From contig JBPOGF010000003.1 in assembly GCA_051251915.1 (NCBI GenBank), positions 128,001 through 192,000 on the forward strand: DNA of 64,000 nt. Reading direction: 5' to 3'. The stretch is from Akkermansiaceae bacterium. Lineage in GTDB: Bacteria > Verrucomicrobiota > Verrucomicrobiia > Verrucomicrobiales > Akkermansiaceae. A program made the position numbers and the translations under genes. Below are positions 56,486-64,000 of the stretch, one piece after another. The notes under the pieces are model-generated. The model did no database searches. It saw only the letters and a list, made by a program, of their open reading frames with translations, and had not been told where the DNA came from. Numbering within the stretch: the first letter of the stretch is position 1; every line of letters starts with the position of its first letter.

Positions 56486-56713
56486 ATGAGTGAATCAGAG
56501 AAATCTACAAAAACGGTAGAAGTTCCAGAGTCTTCTAGGGCTAGGACTTTATTGTGGTTATCTGTAGGCATACTGGTTTATATTGCCATTCAATGGATGT
56601 TACCAAAGGTGGGGGTTGCTTCCTGACTTTTTGGTCCAAGCACGCCAGTTGGCGAGCAATCAGCAGCTCCGACCTGAGGGGTATCAGGATGCCCTCCAGT
56701 TGGAGGTGAGTAG
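56486..56713 (+). CDS. Small membrane protein with two in-frame UGA codons (candidate double-selenocysteine protein, 75 aa; 46 aa if the first UGA is a stop)
   Basis: MSESEKSTKTVEVPESSRARTLLWLSVGILVYIAIQWMLPKVGVAS-U-LFGPSTPVGEQSAAPT-U-GVSGCPPVGGE-TAG. UGAs at 56624 and 56675 are each followed 20 nt later by an AGTT-loop hairpin. Confidence 0.6.
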
Positions 56714-56740
56714 GTGTACATTTTAACTATTATTTCATAA

Positions 56741-56776
56741 AAAACGGGAGTGAGCTTTTGGCTCATCTCCCGTTTT
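56741..56776. terminator. Bidirectional intrinsic terminator
   Basis: AAAACGGGAG-TGAGC-TTTTG-GCTCA-T-CTCCCGTTTT between convergent genes. Confidence 0.8.
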
Positions 56777-56813
56777 GTGATTTTGTGGCTATGCGCTTGT
56801 GCTTAGCTGTGTG

Positions 56814-59800
56814 TTAAACTCGGTCTTGTAGTGGTGTCACTGTGAGTTCTTGCTCTTTTAGGGATCGGATGGCTCTGACTGAGGCGATGGCTGCTGCTAG
56901 GTTGGTGCAGTGTGAGATTTTGTTGGTCACTGCGCCGGAGCGGATGGTGACTTCGTCTTCTCTTGCTTCGTGGCCGCTTGGGGTGTTGATGACGAAGTTG
57001 ATCTTGCGGTTCTTCATCATGTCCATGACGTTGGGGCGTTTCTGCTCGGCGAGTTTGTAGAGTCTTTCTACTGGGATGTCTTCTGATTTGAAGAGCTTGT
57101 AGGTTCCGCCTGTGGAGTAGATGGTGAATCCTAGGTCGATGAGTTCCTTGGCGATGGCGATGGATTCTGGTTTGTCTCGGTCGTTGACTGAGAAGAAGAC
57201 GTTGCCTTCGGTGGGGAGTGGGTTGAAGGCTGAGATCTGGGCTTTGGCGTATGCCATGCCGAGGTCGTCGTCTATGCCCATGACTTCTCCTGTCGATTTC
57301 ATTTCTGGCCCGAGGACGATGTCGATTCCTGGGAATTTAGGCCATGGGAATACGGCTTCTTTGACGCAGTAGTGAGGTGGGAGTTTTTCTTCTGTGAATC
57401 CGAGTTCTGTGAGCGTCTTGCCTGCCATGACTTTGGCTGCGAGTTTGGCGAGTGGGACTCCGATGGATTTGGAGACGAATGGGACTGTGCGGGATGCGCG
57501 TGGGTTGACTTCGATTACGTAGAGTTCTTCGTCTTTTACGGCGAACTGGATGTTCATGAGGCCGATGACTTTTAGTTCTTTGGCGAGGGCTTTAGCGCCT
57601 GTCATGATCTGAGATTTGATGTCTTCAGAGAGTGATGGTGCTGGGATGACGCAGGCTGAGTCTCCGGAGTGGATGCCGGCTTGCTCGATGTGCTGCATGA
57701 TGGCTCCTACTACGGAGATTTCTCCGTCCGAGATGCAATCAACGTCTACTTCGACTGCGCCTTCTAGGAAGCGGTCAACGAGGATGGGGCGGTCTGGTGA
57801 TACGTCTGCTGCTTCGCTGATATATTTACGGAGTTCTTCGTCTGAGTATACGATCATCATGCCGCGTCCACCGAGGACGAATGATGGGCGAACGAGGACA
57901 GGGTAACCGATGCGGTCTGCGATGGTGACGGCTTCGTCTGGAGTGACGGCTGTGCCTGCTTCAGCTTGTTTGAGGTTGAGTTTATCTAGGATGGCGGAGA
58001 AGAATTTACGGTCTTCTGCGAGTTCGATAGATTTTGGTGAGGTTCCGATGATGGGGACTCCGTGACGCTCAAGGTCTGCTGCGAGGTTTAGTGGGGTTTG
58101 GCCGCCGAATTGGACGATGACGCCGACTGGTTTTTCTTGGTCGCAGATGTTGAGGACGTCTTCTAGGGTGAGTGGCTCGAAGTAGAGTTTGTCTGAGGTG
58201 TCGTAGTCTGTGGAGACTGTCTCCGGATTGGAGTTTACCATGACTGTTTCGTAGCCTAGCTCGCGGAGGGCGAATGAGGCGTGGACGCAGCAGTAGTCAA
58301 ATTCGATGCCTTGGCCGATTCTGTTAGGGCCGCCACCGAGGATGATGATTTTTTTGTTGTCTGTCTCACGAGCTTCATTTTCGTCGCCGTAGGTGGAGTA
58401 GTAGTATGGTGTGTAGGCTTCAAATTCTGCGGCGCAGGTGTCTACTAGTCTGTAGGTTGGGATGATGCCTTTTTCTTTACGTTCTGCTCGGACTTCGTCT
58501 TGGTGGCATCCGCGGGCGTGGGCGATCTGGTAGTCAGAGAATCCCATTTTTTTGGCTTTACGGAGGTCCATGTTGGCGAGGTCTTTTCCTTCGTCGACGA
58601 TGATTTTGAGGTGCTCTAGGAACCATGGGTCGATGGATGTGGCTTCGAATACTTCATCGACTGTCCAGTCTTGTTCGAATGCGGTCTGGAGCCAGAAGAT
58701 GCGTTCTGCATTTGGGACGTGGAGTTTTCTTTCGATGCGGTCACGTGAGGGGTTTTGGGCTCCTTTGCCATCGAATCCGAATCCAAATCTTCCGGTCTCT
58801 AGTGAGCGGAGTGCTTTTTGCATGGATTCTTTGAATGTTTTACCGATGGCCATGGCTTCACCGACTGCTTTCATCTGGGTGGTGAGGACTGAGTCAGCGG
58901 TTGGGAATTTCTCGAATGTGAAGCGTGGGAGCTTGGTGACGACGTAGTCGATGGTGGGCTCGAATGATGCTGGGGTGTTACGAGTGATGTCGTTGGTGAG
59001 TTCGTCTAGTGTGTATCCTACTGCGAGCTTGGCGGCGATCTTAGCGATGGGGTAGCCAGTTGCTTTAGATGCGAGTGCTGATGAGCGGGATACGCGTGGG
59101 TTCATCTCGATGACGATGCAGCGGCCGGTTTTGGGGTCTACTGAGAACTGGATGTTTGATCCGCCGGTCTCGACTCCGATTTCGCGGATGCATGCGAATG
59201 ATGCGTCACGCATGATTTGGTATTCACGGTCGGTGAGTGTCTGGGCTGGCGCTACGGTGATCGAGTCTCCGGTGTGGACGCCCATTGGGTCTAGGTTTTC
59301 AATGGAGCAGATGACTACGCAGTTGTCAGCGCAGTCGCGCATGACTTCCATTTCGTATTCTTTCCATCCGAGGAGTGATTCTTCTACGAGGATTTCTGAT
59401 ACTGGTGAGAGGTCGATGCCGCGGGCACAGATGGTTTCAAATTCTTCTACGTTGTATGCGATGCCTCCACCTGCTCCACCGAGGGTGAATGCTGGACGGA
59501 TGATGAGTGGCATGGTGCCGATTTCTTCTGCGATCTCACGGCATTCTTCGATGGTGTGGGCTACGCCAGATTTTGGTAGGTCGAGGCCAATTTTGAGCAT
59601 GGCTTCTTTGAAGCGTAGACGATCTTCACCTTTATCGATGGCGTCTGCGTTGGCGCCGATCATGCGCACGCCGTGTTTATCAAGTGTGCCGCTGTTGAAG
59701 AGGTCGATAGAGCAGTTGAGTGCGGTTTGTCCACCGAGTGTTGGTAGGAGTGCGCATGGCTGTTCTTTGATGATGATTTTCTCGACGAATTCTGGGGTGA

Positions 59801-60005
59801 TGGGCTCGATGTAGGTTCTGAATGCGAACTCTGGGTCGGTCATAATGGTAGCCGGGTTTGAGTTCACGAGGATGACTTGGTAGCCTTCTTCAGCGAGGGC
59901 TTTACAGGCTTGAACGCCTGAGTAGTCAAACTCACAGCCTTGGCCGATTACAATAGGGCCGGAGCCGATGACGAGAATTTTTTTGATCGAAGTATCTTTA
60001 GGCAT
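56814..60005 (-). CDS. carB: Carbamoyl-phosphate synthase large subunit
   Basis: [30 protein letters not shown]; duplicated ATP-grasp halves; MGS tail. Confidence 0.98.
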   Translation of the reverse strand: MPKDTSIKKILVIGSGPIVIGQGCEFDYSGVQACKALAEEGYQVILVNSNPATIMTDPEFAFRTYIEPITPEFVEKIIIKEQPCALLPTLGGQTALNCSIDLFNSGTLDKHGVRMIGANADAIDKGEDRLRFKEAMLKIGLDLPKSGVAHTIEECREIAEEIGTMPLIIRPAFTLGGAGGGIAYNVEEFETICARGIDLSPVSEILVEESLLGWKEYEMEVMRDCADNCVVICSIENLDPMGVHTGDSITVAPAQTLTDREYQIMRDASFACIREIGVETGGSNIQFSVDPKTGRCIVIEMNPRVSRSSALASKATGYPIAKIAAKLAVGYTLDELTNDITRNTPASFEPTIDYVVTKLPRFTFEKFPTADSVLTTQMKAVGEAMAIGKTFKESMQKALRSLETGRFGFGFDGKGAQNPSRDRIERKLHVPNAERIFWLQTAFEQDWTVDEVFEATSIDPWFLEHLKIIVDEGKDLANMDLRKAKKMGFSDYQIAHARGCHQDEVRAERKEKGIIPTYRLVDTCAAEFEAYTPYYYSTYGDENEARETDNKKIIILGGGPNRIGQGIEFDYCCVHASFALRELGYETVMVNSNPETVSTDYDTSDKLYFEPLTLEDVLNICDQEKPVGVIVQFGGQTPLNLAADLERHGVPIIGTSPKSIELAEDRKFFSAILDKLNLKQAEAGTAVTPDEAVTIADRIGYPVLVRPSFVLGGRGMMIVYSDEELRKYISEAADVSPDRPILVDRFLEGAVEVDVDCISDGEISVVGAIMQHIEQAGIHSGDSACVIPAPSLSEDIKSQIMTGAKALAKELKVIGLMNIQFAVKDEELYVIEVNPRASRTVPFVSKSIGVPLAKLAAKVMAGKTLTELGFTEEKLPPHYCVKEAVFPWPKFPGIDIVLGPEMKSTGEVMGIDDDLGMAYAKAQISAFNPLPTEGNVFFSVNDRDKPESIAIAKELIDLGFTIYSTGGTYKLFKSEDIPVERLYKLAEQKRPNVMDMMKNRKINFVINTPSGHEAREDEVTIRSGAVTNKISHCTNLAAAIASVRAIRSLKEQELTVTPLQDRV

Positions 60006-60158
60006 GATGCGCGCGTGTGGTAAATTTGTTGGTATATGCCTATTTCACACGCCTTTGTAAAGTCTAGCGTGCGTATTTTTTAAAATAGGGGAATTTGGCG
60101 ATTAAAACTCTAAGAATATGGGGTGGGAAAAGCGTCGATCGGGTTGAATCTGTCTGGG

Positions 60159-61019
60159 TTATTTGCTGGGTGGTTTTAGGAATTGTTCTGCTGGGACGGA
60201 CTCTGTGAATTCTTTGATCTGGATGTTGCGGTAGAAGATTTCTGCGGTTTCTGATTGGAGGCCGAGGATGCCTTTTTCTGGCTTGAGGTTGAAGATCATG
60301 TTGACGATTTCTCCGTTGAGTTTGTAGATGGCGTATTCTCCGCCCATGACGATGAGTTCGCAGGTGTTCCACTGGTCATCTAGTGCGTGGTAGTTTTCTG
60401 TTGGTTTGGCTTCGTGGAGCCAGGTTCTTTTGCCGGGGAGTTTTTGTTTTGGTTTTATGAGTTTTCCTCCGTTGTCTGGGTGGAGGTAGGCGTAGGTTTT
60501 GTCACTGTAATACCAGTCGTATGAGACGCCGCCGGGGAGGATGGAGTCACCGGTGTGGTTTTTGTTTTTGGTGTGGTCATACATGATTTGGAATTCGATT
60601 CCGGTGGGGTAGATTTTGTCATCTGAGACGTGGTAGTAGACGCCGGCATCGTATTTCCATTTTTTGAAGTAGTTGGCTTTTTTCTTGCCCCATTTGTAGT
60701 CGAACTTGAGGTGGTATTTGGAGTATTCTTTTTTGGTGTACATCATGCCTAGGCTTTTATCGATGCCTGCGTCTAGGTCGATTTCGTCTGGGAATGAGTC
60801 GTCGAATACGTGGATGAAGCCGTCTTTTACTGCGAAGACTTGTTTGGCGAGGGCGGGGTCGTCGTTTTTGACTTTGAGGTACCAGCCGTCTAGGTTTTTG
60901 CCGTTGAAGAGGGCGGTGAAGCCTGGTGAGGGGGCTACTTTTTCTTTGGCTGGGGTTTGAGCTTGGGCGAAAGCTTGAGTGATGATGAGTAGTGAAATGA
61001 GTGTGGATTTTTTTAGCAT
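60159..61019 (-). CDS. DUF1080 family protein
   Basis: GFTALFNGKNLDGW, Y..YHLKFDYKWG, IEFQI, WNTCE, G.LGLQSE.AEIFYRNIQIKE. Confidence 0.85.
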   Translation of the reverse strand: MLKKSTLISLLIITQAFAQAQTPAKEKVAPSPGFTALFNGKNLDGWYLKVKNDDPALAKQVFAVKDGFIHVFDDSFPDEIDLDAGIDKSLGMMYTKKEYSKYHLKFDYKWGKKKANYFKKWKYDAGVYYHVSDDKIYPTGIEFQIMYDHTKNKNHTGDSILPGGVSYDWYYSDKTYAYLHPDNGGKLIKPKQKLPGKRTWLHEAKPTENYHALDDQWNTCELIVMGGEYAIYKLNGEIVNMIFNLKPEKGILGLQSETAEIFYRNIQIKEFTESVPAEQFLKPPSK

Positions 61020-61141
61020 GAGTATTTTGGGTGTGAATGGTTTTTGTGATATGAAGGTGAAGGTTTAGTGGGGTGACTGCAAGGTGGAAGTTTGTTGGGT
61101 GGTTTTCTCGTGTTTTTGGTGCTTGGTAGATGGAATTTTTT

Positions 61142-61296
61142 GACCACGGAAGGCACGGAATAAACGGAAAAGGGTTGATAGGTATGGAACTTGGGTTGTG
61201 GGCTTGGGTTGATGGATTTTTTACCACGGATCTGCACGAATGGTGGACGATGGAGCGTTTTTTTGAACCGCAGAATGGCACTGAATTACGCTGAAC
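61142..61296 (+). repeat. Cluster of three T-run + triple-unit repeat elements
   Basis: GACCACGGAAGGCACGGAATAAACGGAA (61142), ACCACGGATCTGCACGAATGGTGGACGA (61223) and GAACCGCAGAATGGCACTGAATTACGCTGAA (61265). Confidence 0.65.
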
Positions 61297-61336
61297 TTGG
61301 TTGATGCTTAGGAAGCTTGGGTTGATGGGTTGGTGA

Positions 61337-62281
61337 TTATTGATTTTTTTCGGTGTGGGTTTTGATGTGGTTTAGGACTCGGAGGTGGATGCGGTGGATG
61401 ATTTCATCTGAGATGATGCTCCAGTAGAACTCGGGGGCGATGCTGTGGGTGTACCAGGTTGTGCCTTCGAGGGTGACTTTGTTGCCTGTTTGGGTTAGGC
61501 GGAATTCTCCTTTTTGGGAGAGCATGTGGCCGTGTAGGTGGGGGGCGTGCATATCGTGGTAGATGGAGAGTTCATTCATGGGTGGAGGGTTCTCTGTGAC
61601 GCTGAATGCTAGGTGGTGGGGTGCGTCCCAGGTGGTGATGGGTTCGACGAAGTCTCCGGTGGAGAATGTGCAGTGGCGGATGGCTCCTACGCCGTGGCCA
61701 TGAATGGTGGCTTCTATGGGGTAGGCGATGCCGAGGCGGAAGATGCCTTCTGGTGGGGCGGTGATTTCAGGGAATGCGATGACTGCGGCCCAGACGTCAC
61801 CGATGGGTGCATCAATGATGACGGAGGTGGTGACGCTGCGGACTTTGGGTTCTGGGGCGGTGGCGTGGTCGAATCCGACGAGTAGGGGGAAGGATAGTGC
61901 GAGGAGGGTGGCGATGGAGGTTCCGGTTTTATCGCTAAGTGAGTTGGCGGTGAGGCGGCCGAGTGCTGTTCCTATGGTTGCTAGGAGTAGAGTGAGGGGG
62001 AGAGCCATGAGGAGGCAGATGAGTCCATCGAGAGCAAATATGATGATGAGGCAGCCTAGGGTTAGGGTGCTCCAGGTGGCTACTCCGTAGGCGCTGCGGT
62101 ATGTTTTTTCTCGTTTGTAGCACCATGCGAATGCGGCTAGGAAGCTAACTAGAATGGGGAGGCCGAGAAAGAGGCTCCAGCCGTAGTCCTCGAATACTAC
62201 GACGGATAAGGCGGCACCGCCGAGGCCGATGATGGCTGGGAGGAGGATAGCGGTGGCTTTATGGTTTAGGAATTTTTGCAT
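61337..62281 (-). CDS. Membrane protein with C-terminal SRPBCC (START-like) domain
   Basis: N-terminal TMs (ALDGLICLLMALPL); VTTSVIIDAPIGDVW, GVGAIRHCTFSTGDFVEPITTWD. Confidence 0.78.
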   Translation of the reverse strand: MQKFLNHKATAILLPAIIGLGGAALSVVVFEDYGWSLFLGLPILVSFLAAFAWCYKREKTYRSAYGVATWSTLTLGCLIIIFALDGLICLLMALPLTLLLATIGTALGRLTANSLSDKTGTSIATLLALSFPLLVGFDHATAPEPKVRSVTTSVIIDAPIGDVWAAVIAFPEITAPPEGIFRLGIAYPIEATIHGHGVGAIRHCTFSTGDFVEPITTWDAPHHLAFSVTENPPPMNELSIYHDMHAPHLHGHMLSQKGEFRLTQTGNKVTLEGTTWYTHSIAPEFYWSIISDEIIHRIHLRVLNHIKTHTEKNQ

Positions 62282-62606
62282 GTTTGAGGTGGGCGATAAG
62301 TAGGGCTGGGAGGGCGGTGATGAGTGGTGGGATCCATCCGAATAGGGTGATCATGATATTTAGGGCAGCTCCATCATAGGAGAGATTTCCTCTGTGGGTA
62401 GCGTGTTGTAGGCGAGCTCCCCAGTAGTAAAGGTCATTGTATAGAACTAGAATTAGCCAAGTGGCAGGGATGGCTATGAAGTATCTATTGATGGGGCGGA
62501 TTTTTTTGAGCTTTGGGATGATGGGGAGGCAGATGAGTGAGGGGACTAGGATGCTGAGTGTATTAAATGTGTACGACGCGAACTTTAATTTTGAGGGTGG
62601 ATCCAT
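62259..62606 (-). CDS. Hypothetical membrane protein
   Basis: 115 aa with three hydrophobic segments, in a same-strand run. Confidence 0.55.
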   Translation of the reverse strand: MDPPSKLKFASYTFNTLSILVPSLICLPIIPKLKKIRPINRYFIAIPATWLILVLYNDLYYWGARLQHATHRGNLSYDGAALNIMITLFGWIPPLITALPALLIAHLKHAKIPKP

Positions 62607-62612
62607 GGTGGT

Positions 62613-63149
62613 CTATTCAGCGGTTTTGTTTTCTTGTTGGTCTGCGTTGAGGGTTTTTTGGAAGCCGTTGAATGTGGCGGTGACGGTGTGTTTGGTTAGG
62701 ATGAATTTGTCGTTTTTGTTGTCGTATAGTTGTTGGCCGGTGAGGGTGAAGAGGGCGAAGACTCCTGTGGTTTCTTCCATGCCTCTGCGGAAGCCTTCTC
62801 CGAATGAGTAGTAGAGGACGATGGTTTGTTTGTAGTTTTTTGTGCCTCCTTCGCCGTTGAAGTCGACGTTTTCAGATTGGCGGAGGAGGAGTGGTCTGGC
62901 GTCTGCGCCTAGGTATCTGCCGCCGGCGTTTTCTTTAGGGCCAGCTTCGTAGGCTTCAAATTGGGTTTTTAGTTCTTTGTTTTCTTGGAGTAGGGTGTTG
63001 AATTTTTTGATGAGCTGTGGGGTGTAATCGCTGTTTTCTTCTTCATTTTGGGCTTCGTCTGGTTCTTTATTTGGTTCGAGGGTGATGGTGAGTGGCTTGG
63101 CGATTGTGATGATGGAGCTGGCTATGATTAGTATGATGGATAGTTTCAT
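62613..63149 (-). CDS. Hypothetical secreted protein
   Basis: 178 aa with N-terminal signal peptide. Confidence 0.6.
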   Translation of the reverse strand: MKLSIILIIASSIITIAKPLTITLEPNKEPDEAQNEEENSDYTPQLIKKFNTLLQENKELKTQFEAYEAGPKENAGGRYLGADARPLLLRQSENVDFNGEGGTKNYKQTIVLYYSFGEGFRRGMEETTGVFALFTLTGQQLYDNKNDKFILTKHTVTATFNGFQKTLNADQQENKTAE

Positions 63150-63203
63150 GGTTGGGTTTGATTTGATTTGTTGTTTGAGGTTGTGGGGGAATAATATTTT
63201 GGG

Positions 63204-63581
63204 TTACTCGATGGTGGTGATGGTGCCGTCTGGGGTGGCTTTGATGATGGCGCTGATGGGTTTGTTGTCGAATGGTAGGCTGATGTCGGCGGTGTATGCG
63301 AGGGTTTCTAGGAGGGTGGGTTGGAGACCGAAGTTTACGTGGAGCCAGAGTTCTTTTCCTAGTTTAGTGGGGTCACTGGGGCCTGAGGTGTAGTGGTAGC
63401 GGTCTGTGATTTTTGTTTTAGCGGCGTGGATGTTGTCGCCGATATGGACCTGGGTGCGGAGGTCCTTCATTTTGGTTTTGTAGACGTGTGATCTGTATGG
63501 GGTGCATTGAGAGAGGGTGATGGCGGTTAGGGTTAGGAGTGTGAGGATTTTTAGTGGGTGTTTCATTGGGTTGTGCTTCAT
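63204..63581 (-). CDS. Hypothetical lipoprotein
   Basis: Hydrophobic N-region ending ITLSQC. Confidence 0.6.
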   Translation of the reverse strand: MKHNPMKHPLKILTLLTLTAITLSQCTPYRSHVYKTKMKDLRTQVHIGDNIHAAKTKITDRYHYTSGPSDPTKLGKELWLHVNFGLQPTLLETLAYTADISLPFDNKPISAIIKATPDGTITTIE

Positions 63582-63585
63582 GAGG

Positions 63586-64000
63586 TTAGTCTGCGGTAAA
63601 TCTTATGAATACTCGGTATCGAGTTTTGTTTGCGTAAATGGTGCATTGGGCGCCATGGTCATGTGGTTTCATCTTGGGTGACTTTGATGTCCATGTCCAT
63701 TTGGAATCGATTTGAAATCCTGAGTAGGGGTCAACACGGTGGGCGGTTGTTATTTTTGGTCCTTAGGTAGAAGTCGATTTTTCGAATTTTCTTCCTGCTA
63801 TTAGGCTGTTGAATTGCTCGGGTTTGATGGTGCAATCAGCTTCGAGGATGTAGTCTGTCCAGGACTCGCTTCCGCTGGAATTTATTTTCATGGAGGAGGG
63901 AAGAAGTTTTATTTGTAGTGCGTGGCGAAGTCCGGCTTTAGTCTTTCCTGATGCGACTGGTATGAAGCCGTGATACCAGGCTAGTGGTGTGAGAATGATG
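63586..64000 (-). pseudogene. Hypothetical gene (5' end outside window) with premature in-frame TAA
   Basis: ...SGSESWTDYILEAD...KFEKSTST* (63763-63765), then the same frame stays open for 58 more codons (GPKITT...VFIRFTAD*) to 63586, 4 nt before the next gene. Confidence 0.5.

Noticed and set aside
56624..56677. Genome-wide UGA reassignment (Trp/Gly) as the explanation for the in-frame UGAs
   Set aside because: Ordinary genes here end in TGA (e.g. 23943, 41181, 52282) and conserved genes have no internal TGA, so any readthrough must be site-specific.
56842..59814. Many long antisense ORFs over carB and other minus-strand genes (e.g. 59110-59814, 14648-15181, 511-1008)
   Set aside because: These are shadow frames of conserved genes, favoured by the G/T-rich + strand with few stops, and carry no recognisable motifs.

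Overview
Bacterial chromosomal window, probably Verrucomicrobiota. This is inferred from the DUF5069/DUF1080 proteins, PVC-type multi-heme/beta-propeller/ThuA genes, exosortase-EpsI and a PEP-CTERM remnant. Layout: (1) 1-8.4 kb holds a PVC-type secreted redox module, a GNAT, a TPR protein and a sulfatase. (2) 8.8-11.8 kb is an integrase-less integron cassette array with three cassettes: a membrane-anchored hypothetical, a RelB/DinJ + MazF/PemK toxin-antitoxin pair, and a stand-alone lipoyl-domain protein. Its attC junctions carry remnants of two oppositely oriented kinds of group II intron. (3) 11.9-23.4 kb holds housekeeping and accessory genes (queE, acetyltransferase, di-heme cytochrome, TPR proteins). 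(4) 23.4-53 kb is a ~29 kb surface-glycan locus headed by a GbsR/MarR-type regulator, a NusG/RfaH paralog and an ops element, and ending in a WaaL-like ligase, exosortase and EpsI. (5) prs-rplY-pth-rpsF-ssb is followed by an unannotated small membrane-protein ORF with two in-frame UGA codons. Each UGA is followed exactly 20 nt later by an AGUU-tetraloop hairpin, making this a candidate double-selenocysteine protein. (6) carB and minus-strand hypotheticals close the window. The two strongest leads are the double-UGA/SECIS-like ORF at 56486-56713 and the intron-invaded attC array at 8882-11669. All family assignments come from motif recognition by eye; no searches were run.
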